64,000 nucleotides of DNA from the human T2T-CHM13v2.0 reference genome, Homo sapiens. Position 1 is the first letter of the stretch; every line of letters begins with the position of its first letter. The notes beneath the pieces were generated by a model. That model was not told where the DNA came from and did no database searches. It worked only from the letters and a program-made list of their open reading frames with translations. Below, piece after piece: positions 14,380 to 27,225 of the stretch. Location: the NCBI RefSeq assembly GCF_009914755.1, contig NC_060936.1, one strand, 5' to 3'. The position numbers were made by a program, and so were the translations under genes.

Positions 14380-15810
14380 CAACATGGACTGTGGTACCTG
14401 GAGACAGCTCTGCTACTTGGATGGGCTCTGGTGGAAACCTGATTGGCAGTAGATGGGTCCCCAGTGAGCATGGAGAAGGCACTGAAGCAGCTGGAAGCAC
14501 AGAGCACCACCAAGAAGGAGCGAGCTTTTGCTGGAAGCATTGGACGAGCTTTTTTGACTGCACTACAAGAAGTACACACTCAGTTCCTGAGGGATGCAGG
14601 TAACCACCCTCTAGGCGCAGGCAGGGCGCCTGGAGCCCAGGCTACACAGCTCAGAAAAAGAGTTAGAAGCTGCTATGAATGAGGACCTCCAAGCACAGGT
14701 GGGGCTCCTGGAGGCCCGGCTTCAGAGCTTGGGAAAAGAATTAGAGGCTGCTGTGAATGCAGGCCTGGGTCCATCATCTCAGCCAGAGACCCCCACTTGA
14801 TCTGATGCTGAGGAGGAAGAATCTCATTGCAGGCTCGCCCAGTGGTCCTTCAGAAGGTAGTTTATAAATGGCCATTGGGGCCCCAAGGGCAGGCTCAGGG
14901 ACCCCCCATCATAAGGCAACACATTTCATATACTGCCTATACCCCAACTGAGTTGCGTGAATTAGACAGCAGTGATGCCAACATCCAGGGGAACCTCTGC
15001 CCACCTGGGTGCTTCGTTTGTGGGACAAGGGAGCAGATAGTATACCCGGTTCCACCTCTGAGATAGAAAAACTGGCCCCTATTATGACTCACTCCTCCCT
15101 CTGTCAGCAGTTGCAGGTGAGCAGGCAGTTGGTACAAGGTGACCATACCCTGATTGAGTGGCTATGGGCAGCCATATGGACTGTGTGGAATGACGCCTGT
15201 GAAATACCTGAAACCTGAAACCCTGGGTAAATGGCAGTCGTATGCTGATTTGGTGCAAGTCTTCCAGGAGATAGGTGTGCGGTCAGCTACGTTTGACCTG
15301 AATACCCGGGGGCCAGATGATGAACATTTCGCCTCCCACATGAGGGATCTCATGTTGGGTTCTGTACCCCTGAGTGCCTTTGGCTCCCTAGCTGCTGTCC
15401 TTACCCCATACGTAGGGTGTCGCATACATGAAGTGACAACTGCTATGGCTGGTGGCCCTCGGGGAAGCAGAAGGCCATTGATGGGACTGAGGGGTCCACG
15501 CTGTAAAGAAAGGGAAGATGCCCCATCTGCTGGGGGCCCTTCCATCGGAGAAAAGGGGGCTGAAACAAGTGACACACTCACGGATGTGGATATATATGAT
15601 TTTGGCCAGGGTTGACATAGAGAAACTCAATATGTAGCCCAATGAAGTGCTCTTAACTTTGTGGAGACAGTTGTCTTCAGAGCAGCAATTTCAGAAAATG
15701 TCCAAGTAGGAGAAGGACATTGCTGCATGACCCAGTCCCACCTGGGTTCTTCAGCTCAAAGACTGTTTGCTGCAGCCAGGTGGAAATGTAGAGCCTTCTC
15801 TGTTTGATTA
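14380..15810 (+). pseudogene. gag: HERV-S gag remnant (frameshifted, with stops)
   Basis: Lies between PBS and protease; fragments AVDGSPVSMEKALKQLEAQ, YTPTELREL, LRLWDKGAD. Confidence 0.7.
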
Positions 15811-15874
15811 GAGAACTGGCCAAGATGCCCAGCTTGGGGGGATACCAGATGACCGGAGGCCACATGCGGAATTA

Positions 15875-17078
15875 GTGATCTACTGGTCCCCCACCAATGT
15901 ACAGCAGGTGTTGGCACTGGTGGATACTGGCACAGATTGCAGCCTTGTTTATGGGAACCTGGGTAAGTTTCCAGGCAAACCTGCTTACATTAACGGTTAT
16001 GGAGGCCATTCAGTAAAAGTGAAACCTGTATCTCTGCACCTTGGCTTTAGCTGTTTGGCTCCCTGTTTATATAATGTGTATGCCTCTCCCATTCTGGAAT
16101 ACATTCTGGGGGTGGACATTTTACATGGCCTGACATTACAAACCATGGCCAGGGAATTCAGACTCCCACTGCATATGGTGAAGCTGATGCTGCATGGACA
16201 TACACATCACCAGCCCCAGGTCCTGCCACAACCCTGATAGTTTACTTCCACCTATCAATACCATTTGCCAGGTGGGCATACGGAGATAACTGAAACCATT
16301 AAAAAGCTGGAGGAGGTGCAGATAGTGCGTGGCACCCACAGCTCCTACTATTCTCCAGTATGGCTAGTTAGAAAGCCTGATGGAACTTTGCAGATGACGG
16401 TGGACTATCAGAAACTGAATAAAGTAACACCCCCTTTGCATGCAGCTGTACCATCAATCATGAATTTGATGGACCGTTTGACAACAAAACTGGGACAGTA
16501 TCACTATTTAGTGGACTTGGCCAAAACGTTTTTCTCCATAGACATTGCTCCAGAGAGCCAGGAACAGTTCGCCTTCATGTGGGATGGGCAACAATGGACT
16601 TTCACAGTGTTACCGCAGGGCTATGTGCATAGCCCCACCATATGTCATGGCCTATTTGCTATGATTTAGCCACCTGGCAATGTCCAGAAGTGGTCTGCCT
16701 ATTCCATTATATTGATGATATTATGTTAACCTTGTATTATTTTGCAGATTTAGAAGCAGTGGCCCCCCTCTTGAAGCAACACTTGGAATCATATAGTTGG
16801 GCTGTTGATGAATCCAAGGTCCAAGGGCCTGGATTATCTTCCAAATTCTTGGGAGTTATCAGGTCGGGTAAGACAAAGGCCATCTTAGAGGCTATCATTG
16901 ATAAGATTCAGGCATATCCCCAGCCCACCATGGTGAAGCAACTGCAAACTTTTCAGGCCTCCTGGGATATTGGTGGGCATTTGTGCTCCATTTAGCTAAT
17001 ATAATAAAACTGTTGCATCGGTTAACAAAGATGGGAGCTACCTGGGATTGGGAAGATCCTGCTGAGACCTCCTTCCTG
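15875..17078 (+). pseudogene. pol: HERV-S pro-RT remnant, truncated before RNase H/integrase
   Basis: ALVDTGTD and ILGVDIL (protease); SPVWLVRKPDG, VDYQKLN, LPQGYVHSP and HYIDD (RT), spread across frameshifts. Confidence 0.9.
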
Positions 17079-17462
17079 TTAACGGATGAGGTTAATCAAA
17101 TCAGAAAGGTGGTGTTGCAAAACCGAATGGCCTTAGACATTATAACTGCTGCCCAAGGAGGCACCTGTGTCCTTTTAGGAACACAGTGTTGTACCTTTAC
17201 CCCTGACAATTGGCAGAACATAACAGCAGCCCTGCAAGGGGTCTCATTGAAAATTAAGGCGGTTGAGAGCGTTACTAACAACCTCCTGCAGAGATGGTGG
17301 GCATACCTAGGCTCTGGCCTATTCTGGGCCCTAATAATCATAAGTAGCACAGCTGAGATCCTAGTATTGAGCTGTTGCTCTCTGTATTGTTGCTGTAGGT
17401 TATGGATTCAGGGCTCCACCCTATCAGCACGTGTTCCTTCCCAGAGGGCAACCTGGGCCTAG
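17031..17462 (+). pseudogene. env: Open pol-env(TM) fusion frame, 143 aa from ATG 17031
   Basis: MGATWDWEDPAETSFL (pol) joined to LTDEVNQIRKVVLQNRMALDIITAAQGGTCVLLGTQCC (ISD + CX6CC), a hydrophobic anchor, a Cys-rich tail and TAG next to the PPT. Expression unknown. Confidence 0.75.
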
Positions 17463-17471
17463 TAGGTGGAG

Positions 17472-17584
17472 CATAAGGGAAAGAGTTAAAGCCATGTCAA
17501 AACTGCCTACAATTCCTCGAGTGTTTTTCTAGCTACCCGCCACTCACCCACCAACTGCCCTCAGACCTCAGTTATATTCTGACA
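17472..17584 (+). mobile_element. 3' LTR (LTR18A) lacking most of U3
   Basis: Follows purine tract aggtggag; cataagg jumps directly to aaagccatgtc...ctgaca; 113 bp versus 319 bp for the 5' LTR. Confidence 0.85.
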
Positions 17585-18349
17585 AAAATTAACATGAAAG
17601 TAAACTTTTTCCACATGTGTTGTAGAGTCACACCACTTTTTTGTGACATAGTTTTAGGTATTCCTATTTAAAATCTGACTTTCCCTTTTCACTTAAAACA
17701 TTCTACAACCCCTAAATACTTCAACATTAATTGAAATCTGTACAAGTGAGGTTCTGAGGCTTCTCTTTCAATACACAGATGGTAAATTGGGATGGTATCT
17801 GGATTGATTCTAACAGAATTCCCTTCTCATCTTTGGAGAAATTGGAAAACTATAAAAATGTATTGAGACTCCCTTCAAGCCAAGACCCTGAAAATATATA
17901 TTTTTTTCTTTTTTTTTTTTTTCTGACATTAGATGCACTTATGCAAGACACAGAAGAGGAAAGTGGCAGGTAGATAATTTCCCCAAGGCCTTTGGCTGTT
18001 GCCTCTGGCAATTAAGGTCACAGTAATGTAAAGCTCTTCTGCATTGCTTTTCAATGCCCATTCTTTAGCTTTAAGGGTGATGATGGCCAGTGCTCACAAA
18101 TCGGGCTTGTGATCTGTCTCAACTGCTGGACCACAGATTCATACGTTGGTTCTTCAGCTTTCTGGTGAAGAAAGGAAGTCAATGTGGGGGTGAGAGAAGG
18201 GCTATCATTGATATCTGAGACGCGGATCCAGAAAAAAAAAAAAAAGAAAGAAAAAAGACAAATCTGAAAATGGATCCGGTGTAATAGAACTTCAGACATA
18301 TTTTTTTGGATGTGAGTCTAAAGAGTTTGTTTTTCTCTTTTTGTATACA

Positions 18350-18945
18350 GATCTCAGAGAAATTAAAACAGAACTACCACTGGGCCCAGCAATCCTATTA
18401 TTGGATATCTACCCCAAAGAAAACAAATTATTCTACCAAAAAGACACGTACATGCACTTGCATGTTCATTGCAGCACTACTCACAATGGCAAAAACATGG
18501 AATCAATTTAAGTACCCATCAATGGTCAATTGGATAAAGAAAATGTGGTGCATATATGCAATGGGATACTATACACCCATAAGAAATAATAAAATCATGC
18601 CTTTTGCAACCAATTGCATGCATCTGGAGATCATTTGTCTTAAGTAAATTAATACAGGAACAGAAAACAAAATACCACATGTTTTCACTTATAAGTGGGA
18701 GCTAAATATTGAGTATTCATGGACATAAAGACGGAAACCATAGTCACTGGAGACTACTAGATGGGGGAGAGAGGGAGGCAGGTAAGAGTTGAAAAACTAA
18801 CCATTGTGTACAATGATGACTGCTTGGGTGACTGACAGGATCATTTATATTCCAAACCCCAGCATGATGCAATATACCTATGCAACAAACCTGTACTTAT
18901 ATCTCCTGAATCTAAAATAAAGTTGAAATTATGTTAAAAAAAGCA
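18350..18945 (+). mobile_element. 5'-truncated L1 (L1PA15/16-like 3' end)
   Basis: ORF2 C-terminus (MFIAALLTMAKTWNQ..WIKKMW), 3'UTR, aataaa and A-tail. Confidence 0.9.
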
Positions 18946-19924
18946 TGAAAATAAAAATATCTGTAATACACACAAAAAACACATGTAGATAGAAAGGGCC
19001 TAGTGAGCCAAGTAAAGTTTATTATGTCTCAACATTGCAAAGGAGGAACAGGAATATTCTTTTTGCCTGAGTGTGACATGAAGAGATCTGAGAAAACACA
19101 GTGAACTTCCCTCCATCAAGTATGGACGAGCTGTAACAAAAAGATCCCATTCATAAGAGAAACTTATAAGCAATTGCAAGAGATATAAATTCAGAGAGGT
19201 TCTAAGGTTGAACATAAGAGATAATTTAGCAATGAAGCATATAGATTACATCAGAATGAGGACCATTCAGCACTACCAGTATGGAAAGATGATGTTCCAC
19301 ACAAAGTATTCTGTAAATTCACTAGGCATTATTTAAGATAAATAAAGAACTATATTCACAGGGAGACTTGTGAACAGATGTTCAAAGCAGCTTTACTTGT
19401 AATAGCCCCAAATGGAAAAAAAAAAAAAAACTAGAATAATGGGTACATATAATCTTATAATCTTACATATAATCTTAACATGTATCCATTATTGTGTATT
19501 AAAAAGTTGTCAACTAGGGCAATACTGTCCCCCATGGGAAATATCAGTAATGTCTGGAGACAATTTTGGCTGTCAAGATTGTGGTGGGTGGTGGTATTAG
19601 CATCTATGAGTACAGGGCAGAGATGCTGTTAAACATTCTACAATGAGCAGGACACTCCTTGTGATGGTCAATTTTATGTGTCAACTTGACCAAGTTAAGG
19701 GATGCCCAGATAAGTGGTAAAAAATTATTTCTGGATGTTTCTGTGGCTGTTTCTAGAAGAGATTAGCATTTGAATCAGTAGACTGAGCAAAGATCTGCCG
19801 TCATCAATGTGAGCCAGCATCATCTATTTTTTGAGTGCCCTGATATAAGCAAAAAGCAGAAGGGTGGGTGATTTCACTCTCTTTCCTTGATCTGGGTCAT
19901 CCATCTTCTCTCGGCCTCAGATAT

Positions 19925-22179
19925 TGATGGCAGCGGTGGGCCGACTAGAGTGTAACTGCCATCAAGCCACCACTGCGGGGAGGGCCTGGGGAGCAGGCAG
20001 ACAGCACCCCCACAGCCTGCTGCCCAGGGGACCACCGTGACGGGCTAGACAAGGTCATCTGCCAGTGGGGGAGCAGTGCCATCAGGCAGAAAGCCTTGGC
20101 CTGGGGCAAGGTACTGGGGCGGCACTTTGGGGGCCCAGGGCGGGATGTGGGAGCGGTGCCCGCTTTGGGGACCTGGTCAGTGGTGTAGCCACTTCACTCA
20201 CCCTGCTGAGGGCGCTGGGTTCCTGCACCTTAGAAGGAGGCTTTGCGTGGTGCCGCCCTGCATTGGGGTGACCGCTGAACCTGACACTCCAGATGGCCAG
20301 GCTCAGGGCCAGCGGTTTGCAATCTGCTTCCGGGTGCTCCCAGGAGGGCCCGCGAGCCAGGCCAGGGGTAGGCCAGGGCCGCCCCTGAGTACCAGCGCCA
20401 AGGGGAGCTCCCAGCAATGTTGCCCCTGCCCTGGATGCCAATTCAGGCACAGCGAGGACCTGGAGCCCTTGCCCCAGGCTGCAAGGGGACGTGGCCAGGG
20501 CTGCATGTTCCAAGGAGCCAGCGGGAGACAGGAGCAGACAGCAGCACCAGGTGCGGCTGTAGCTGCCCAAGTGAAGGCTGTGGACCTGGGCCTCCCTGTG
20601 CTCTTGGAGGCCAGAGCAGGCAGGAGTCCTGCCACCCGCCCTGCCCTGGGCACAGCTGTAGCCACCCAAGTCAGTACTGTGAACCTGAGCCTCTCAGCAC
20701 CCTTGGGTGCCTGGGAAGGCCCCCCCGCCCCAACCCCGACCTTGCAGGCCCAGAGGTGTCTGCTTCCACTGCCTGGTCTCTTCCTGCTCCTGGCATCAGC
20801 TCCAATCTTGGAACAGGATTGGGGCCAAGTCTGGGCTATGTCACAGCCCGCTGGATGTGCGCATGCTCGGGGCAATGCTGACACGCCAGTGACTTGCCTC
20901 CTCAGCCTGCTCTGGACTGGGTGCTAACTACCATGGGGTGAATCCAAGGGGGTGGCTGAGGGAATCTCGGTGCTGGCCTGCAGGTGTCCCTTGGCTCAAG
21001 CAGCTTGGGCCCCATGGATGCTGGCAGGAGGCAGAAGGGTTCCTGGGCAGAAGGGGCCGGTCCCGGGTGAGGACCCACCTTCAGGCCAGGGAGGGATTGA
21101 AGGCTGGGGGCTGGGCTGCCAGTCCCGCCAACTGGAGTGGGGACTTGTGGTGCCTTTTCCCGGCCTGCCCATGGCCACCCATGGACCCATCAACAGCTAC
21201 TGTCTCCCGTGTGAAGCCTATAAAAGGTCCGGCTAGGACAGAGCAGAGGAAGGAGCGATGACGGGATGACCAGCTGCAGAGAAGAGCTGCCCTCTCCGCT
21301 GATAGCTGAAGATGATGGGGTGACCAGCTGCAGAAAGGAGCTACCCTCTCTGCCAATGGCTGAAGACAACAGATGTCCAGCTACAGAGAAGAGCTAGCCT
21401 CTCTGGTGGGAGTGAACACTTGGGACAACCTACCTGTAGAGAAGACCTACTCTCTCTGCTAGGAGCTGAATACTTGATCGGGACACCTTGGCTGTGGAAA
21501 GGGGCTACCCCTGTGGGAGACTGAGCTGTTCTATCAACTCAATAAAGCTCCTCTTCATCTTGCTTACCCTCCACTTGTCTGCATACCTCATTCTCCCTGG
21601 TCTCAGGACAAGAACTGGGGACCTGCCAAAGGGCGAGGCTAAAAGAGCTGTAACACAAACAGGCCTGAAACATGTCCCTTGCTCACCACATTGTGGGCAA
21701 AGAGAAGGAGATAAAAGCTACAGCCCTTCAGGGAGCGGAGATCTGGGAGCTCCCCAAGCCAAGGCTGTAACTCTCTCTTTGGGACCCTGTGTTCCTGGCA
21801 TCTCTAAGCTTCTGGGCACCAACACATTCCCTGGTGCTAGTAGGGGAAGCTGCTTGCAGTGTACCTGGTCCAGCTGTAGCCTCGCAGAGAGCAGGCACCC
21901 ATGTTGGCACCTGGAGCTGCCTGCCCTGTGGCAGCAGCTGGTATGTTTGACAGCACAATAACCAGACCCCATGTTCACTCATACACCCCTCACCACTCCA
22001 TGCCTGACTCGTAGTCTCTCTTGGAGGCGTGGGTTCCAGGTTGGTAGTGCTCCAGCTGAGCACAGTCTTCCAGGCCAAGTGGGCAGAATGAATACAGTGG
22101 GCCTTGGCAAAACTCAAGCAAAGGCACCACTGGCCACAGGTTTCCAGTCAGAAAACGACACCCCAGAAATCCTGTAACA
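19925..22179 (+). mobile_element. MER52 (D-like) ERV1 solo LTR, 2255 bp, GC-rich
   Basis: TGATGGCAGCGG...CCTGTAACA, 4-bp TSD ATAT, TATAAAA at 21219, AATAAA at 21541. Confidence 0.85.
21257..21520 (+). repeat. ~54-bp tandem repeat (about 4.5 copies) inside MER52
   Basis: Units ...cagctgcagagaagagctgccctctc..agctgaa start at 21257, 21311, 21365 and 21417. Confidence 0.85.
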
Positions 22180-22825
22180 ATATTACATTATAGCTAATTG
22201 TTCTCTAGCTTTCAGATTCGAAACTTACACTAGTGCCTCCATCCTCTCATTCTCAGACCTCAGAGAGGGAGTTACAATGCAGGCTTTCCTGGTTCTCCAG
22301 CTTGCAGAGGACAAATTCTAGAACTTAGACTCCATAATTGTGTGAGCCAAGTACCATAATGAATCTCCTCTTTCTCTATCTGTCTCTCTCTCTTTATCAT
22401 CTATCTACCTATCTGTCTATTCCATTGGTTCTGTTTCTCTGAAAAACCATATTTAAAACACCCCTTTATAACAAAGAATTATTCAGTGCAAAATATTAAT
22501 AATGCAGAGGCTGAGAAACTCTATACAGTAAGGGCTCTAGGAATCTGAATATCAGACTTTCTCAGAAACACAGATATTTAGTGTATTTAATTCTTAGTTT
22601 TTTAAAACAGCTTCGTCTATAAATGATAGATTTCCCTTTCTTGTGAAAATACATTTTCTCCTTAAATTAAAATAAAATACATCTCTAACCCCCAAACACT
22701 TTGCTCATCTTATCTCATTATAAAACTAGTCTTATTAAACATAACTGAAATTTCAACAGAAGTACTTTTAATACTTTTATTTCAAATGAGCAAATATGTA
22801 TTGATAATTATGTGTACCATATTAA

Positions 22826-23185
<360 letters not shown>

Positions 23186-23326
23186 AATTACATTACTTTC
23201 TATCTTTATGTTTGTCTTTTCAGTTGTAAATAATTTTCCATTATCTACATTTTTTTGTTCTTTACTGGGGTACTATGTTTCTCATGCCAAAATTGGAAAA
23301 AAATACATATGTATATAATTGACATC

Positions 23327-23689
23327 TGTATTAGTCCATTTTCACACTGCTATAAACAATTACCTGAGACTGGGAAATTTATAAACAAAAGAGTTTTAAT
23401 AGGCTCACAGTTCTGCATGGCTGGGAGACCCCAGGAAATTTACAATTATGACAATAGGTGAAAGGGAAGCAAGGAACGTCTTCAAGGTGGCAGGAGAGAA
23501 AAAGCAAAGGTGGAACTGCCAAACCCTTTTAAATAATCAGATCTTGTGAGAACACATTCACTATCATGAGAACAGTATGGGGAAACCACCCCCATGATCC
23601 AATAACCTCCCACCAGGTCCTTCCCTTGACACATGGGGATTACAATTCTAGATGAGATTTGGGTGGGGACACAGAGCAAAACCATATTA
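23327..23689 (-). mobile_element. THE1D/MSTA-like MaLR solo LTR
   Basis: tgtattagtccattttcacactgcta...gagatttgggtggggacacagagcaaaaccatatta; 5-bp TSD ACATC. Confidence 0.9.
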
Positions 23690-23967
23690 ACATCTAAAGT
23701 ACTGAAATTCAAGGACTAGTCAGAATCGTACTGTGGTAATAACCTATATTAATTGCTCTACAGAAGAAAATAATGAGCTTATAGTGTAAAAAAAATACCC
23801 TCCAAAATGTTTGAAATGTAAAGTCAATAGACAAAACACCTATTTAAGTGTATAGAAATTTTATAATGATGTTGAAACAAAATGATAGTTGATAATACTT
23901 CATGAAAATTATTCATATTTTTAAAATAATTCATTTTGTCATGAACTAGTGAGTTCATAATCTCTAG

Positions 23968-24268
<301 letters not shown>

Positions 24269-25094
24269 AGTTTTCTTAACTTACGCATATTGAATTTCAT
24301 TGCATTGGCTTTGTGGCTGTCAAAAATGCAAACATTTCAGAAAGGAAAGTTCTATATAGATCCTGTGCAAGAACTGCTTTTCAGACAAAGCCGATACCTT
24401 TTATTTGAACAAGTGTTCAAAGTTTTTCTTGCCACCTTTGCCTCCAGATTTTTGCTTTTACCAACATCATTTCCAACACCTTCAGCGTAATTATAAACAT
24501 GTTCATTTTAAAAGTGCACTCTTCAAATATGAAAGTTTTTAAATGTTGCAGAGAGAAAATAAGTAATCTTGCTTAGTATTGTAATATTTTAAAAAATATT
24601 TTATAACTCTTGATGGAGACATCTTTAATCCCCTGGGAAAGGGTTGCACTGTTTAAGTTTAACATGACTTTAGAAATTTCTTTTGAAATAAAAATACTGT
24701 ATTGATTGCAACTCTGAACAAAGGTCATTCTTATGCAACTTAATCAAACACTACTATCACATAAATGCATTTCTAAAAATTATGGACAAAAACTACAATA
24801 AACTAAGACATTAACATTCTTTTATAAATTCAAATTGCTTTGTTCTGGATATCAGAACAAATATTTAGAAATGGAATCATTAAAAATAATTGTGCAACAT
24901 CAGAAAACTTTTCACAGTGTTTCTTATCTTTCTTCCTGTTATAAACAGGACCTTCAGAAATTCCTATTTTTCCTCATTAAAATGTAAACATAAATTATGG
25001 TATGTATTAATAATCATTATATAAAATTGGAACAAAATTAGACTTCAGTAATTGAATTAAACTAGTAAAAATTGGGAGAGGAAACAGACATATT

Positions 25095-25305
25095 GATTTG
25101 GTACCTAATATGTGCCAGGAGTTTTGCAAGCCATATTAATGCACATCAAAAATGACAGCTTTGTAGCTGTATCATTATCCCCATTCTTAGAAATGAGAAG
25201 TGTGGGGTTCAGAGAGATTAGGTTATTTTCCCAATCCGCATAGTTAGTAAAAGCCTAGCAAAGATTTTATCCAAATTTGTCTGACCCTCAAATTTGACTC
25301 TTGCT
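25095..25305 (-). mobile_element. MIR
   Basis: tatccccattcttagaaatgagaag..ggttcagagagattagg. Confidence 0.65.
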
Positions 25306-25424
25306 GTTTATTAGAATAAAGTTTTAGGTCTGGTAATAGCAGTTGACCTCAAAGAAGTCATCATTGTAGCAGTGGTAGTAGTTGACAAAGGAGACGAAAA
25401 GGATAAGGAAAGAGACATAGCTAA

Positions 25425-25650
25425 AGCTTATTAAGCATTTGCTGTATGCTAAGGATTTTGAAAGGATTACTTTAATCCTCAAAACAGTGACTTTCTATAG
25501 ATAATGTTATTTTCCATATCTTAATAGATGAAAAACCATAAATAATGTTAGATTAGTTGCTCAACATAAAATAGCTAGTAAAAGATATAGTTCGGATTCA
25601 AATCGCCAAAATCTAATTTCAGAACCTTTGTTGTTAACCACTTAACTGAG
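25425..25650 (-). mobile_element. MIR
   Basis: tttaatcctcaaaac..atagatgaaaaa..ggattcaaatc..ttaaccact. Confidence 0.6.
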
Positions 25651-26417
25651 AATTTATTATACTTTATGGCATTACAACTAAAAATTTATAACAAATACAA
25701 ATAACAAAATAATCCCCCTCTGATACAAGATAAGATAAAAAATGAAATGAATAGGAAGAATCTTTAATGAACAAAAGTAGCATAAAAATGGCATATACAG
25801 TATTATCTCCACTACATCTAAATTCATTATAAGAGAACAAAGTATGTAACCCCATTACTGATTATTGTTTCTGTGTTGTCAAATTATTATTACTATTACT
25901 ACTATTATTATTTGCTTTTGAATTTTAGTAGTTTGTAAAGTTTCATCAATTAGTATGTATAACTTTATTATTTTCATTAGAAAATGAACAGTATTTTTAG
26001 AAACTTTTTCAAAGCTGGGAAACTAATGGAGGAAAATATTTAATAATTTCTCCACATCAATCTTGTTTTTATCCTGAGAATAAAATTAGAGTAACTATTG
26101 TGAAATGATTATAACTTCTATGCTCAGAATAGGTAAATATAAAAAATAAACAGGAAAAAGTTCAGGTAAGCTTTAAAGAATAATTTTCTATGAATGTTTA
26201 CAATTTAATACATTATTTTGTTGTTTTTGTGTGGGCAACAGCAAAACCATTATATATGTTTTCATCTATAACTTTCAAGATAATGGTTACAATTTGAAAA
26301 GTTATCTCATTTTTCTTGCTGTGTACCTATATTGCAGTTTTCCTACATAAATATTCAATCAGCGTACTCCACGAATTTCTTCTTGTGTAACGCAATAGCT
26401 TAAGAGTGTTGGTTATG

Positions 26418-26701
26418 ACAGGAACAGAAAACCAAACACCACACATTCTCACTCATAAGTGGGAGTTGAACAATGAGGACACATGGACACAGGGAGGGGA
26501 ACATCACACACTGGGGCCTGTCGGGGGCTGGGGGCCAAGGGGAGGGAGAGCATTAGGACAAATACCTAATGCATGTGGGGCTTAAAACCTAGATGACGTG
26601 TTAGTAGGTGCAGCAAACCACCATGGCACATGTATACCAATGTAAAAAACCTGCATGTTCTGCACATGTATCCCAGAACTTAAAGTAAACAACAACAAAA
26701 A
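26418..26701 (+). mobile_element. Short 5'-truncated L1 (L1PA7/8-like)
   Basis: L1 3'UTR with A-tail; 16-bp TSD aagagtgttggttatg / aagagtggtggttacg. Confidence 0.9.
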
Positions 26702-27225
26702 AAGAGTGGTGGTTACGGTATCCTTTGAATTGGCAGATCAAACTCTAATAGGGACTTCTTCATCATGGGGTAATTTAAATAAAACACAGAGTGGATAATT
26801 ATTAATGAATAAAAGAATATGAGGCTTTATTCTACTTACATTTCAATTTCAGATAGTCAGTGACCATATAATACAATAAATAAAATACGGTGATAGAAAA
26901 ATGAAGGAAGGACTGTACTGTTAAGAAGAACATTTAAAAGATAATATGATATAACTCAAGGGACAAGGTTTATAAAGAAGCAATTGAATTTTAGCCTCAT
27001 TTTCACTTTAATTTCTGTTTAGAACTATGTTTTTCAAAATTTTAAAAACATTTTTAGACAGGCTAATTTTATGACAGTAGATCTTCATAAAAAAAGATTA
27101 TATTGGAATATTTCAACAAAAAATTATAAATCAGAATTAAAAACAAGAAGTTAGTTATAACTTTTAAGTAATTCTGTGTTTAAAAACTAGATGGCATCTT
27201 AAAAACTCAATTCTGAAACAGTTAA

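Larger units (their letters stand above)
19660..22460 (+). mobile_element. MLT2 (C/D-like) ERVL solo LTR split by MER52 (pieces 19660-19924 and 22184-22460)
   Basis: Starts TGTGATGGTCAATTTTATGTGTCAACTTG, ends AAACA; near-TSD ctcct/cccct. Confidence 0.85.
19510..22525 (+). mobile_element. MER20 hAT MITE split by MLT2 (pieces 19510-19659 and 22461-22525)
   Basis: aatgtctggagacaattttggctgtca...gatgctgttaaacattctacaatg..caggaca resumes as acaaagaattattcag..caaaat..aatgcagaggctgagaaac. Confidence 0.8.

Noticed and set aside
21257-21520. Regularly spaced repeats resembling a CRISPR-like array
   Set aside because: Contiguous diverged tandem units with no unique spacers, inside a eukaryotic LTR; no cas genes.
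20065-22177. Many long overlapping ORFs (up to 283 aa) on both strands
   Set aside because: They lie wholly within the GC-rich MER52 LTR, where stop codons are scarce; no recognisable domains.
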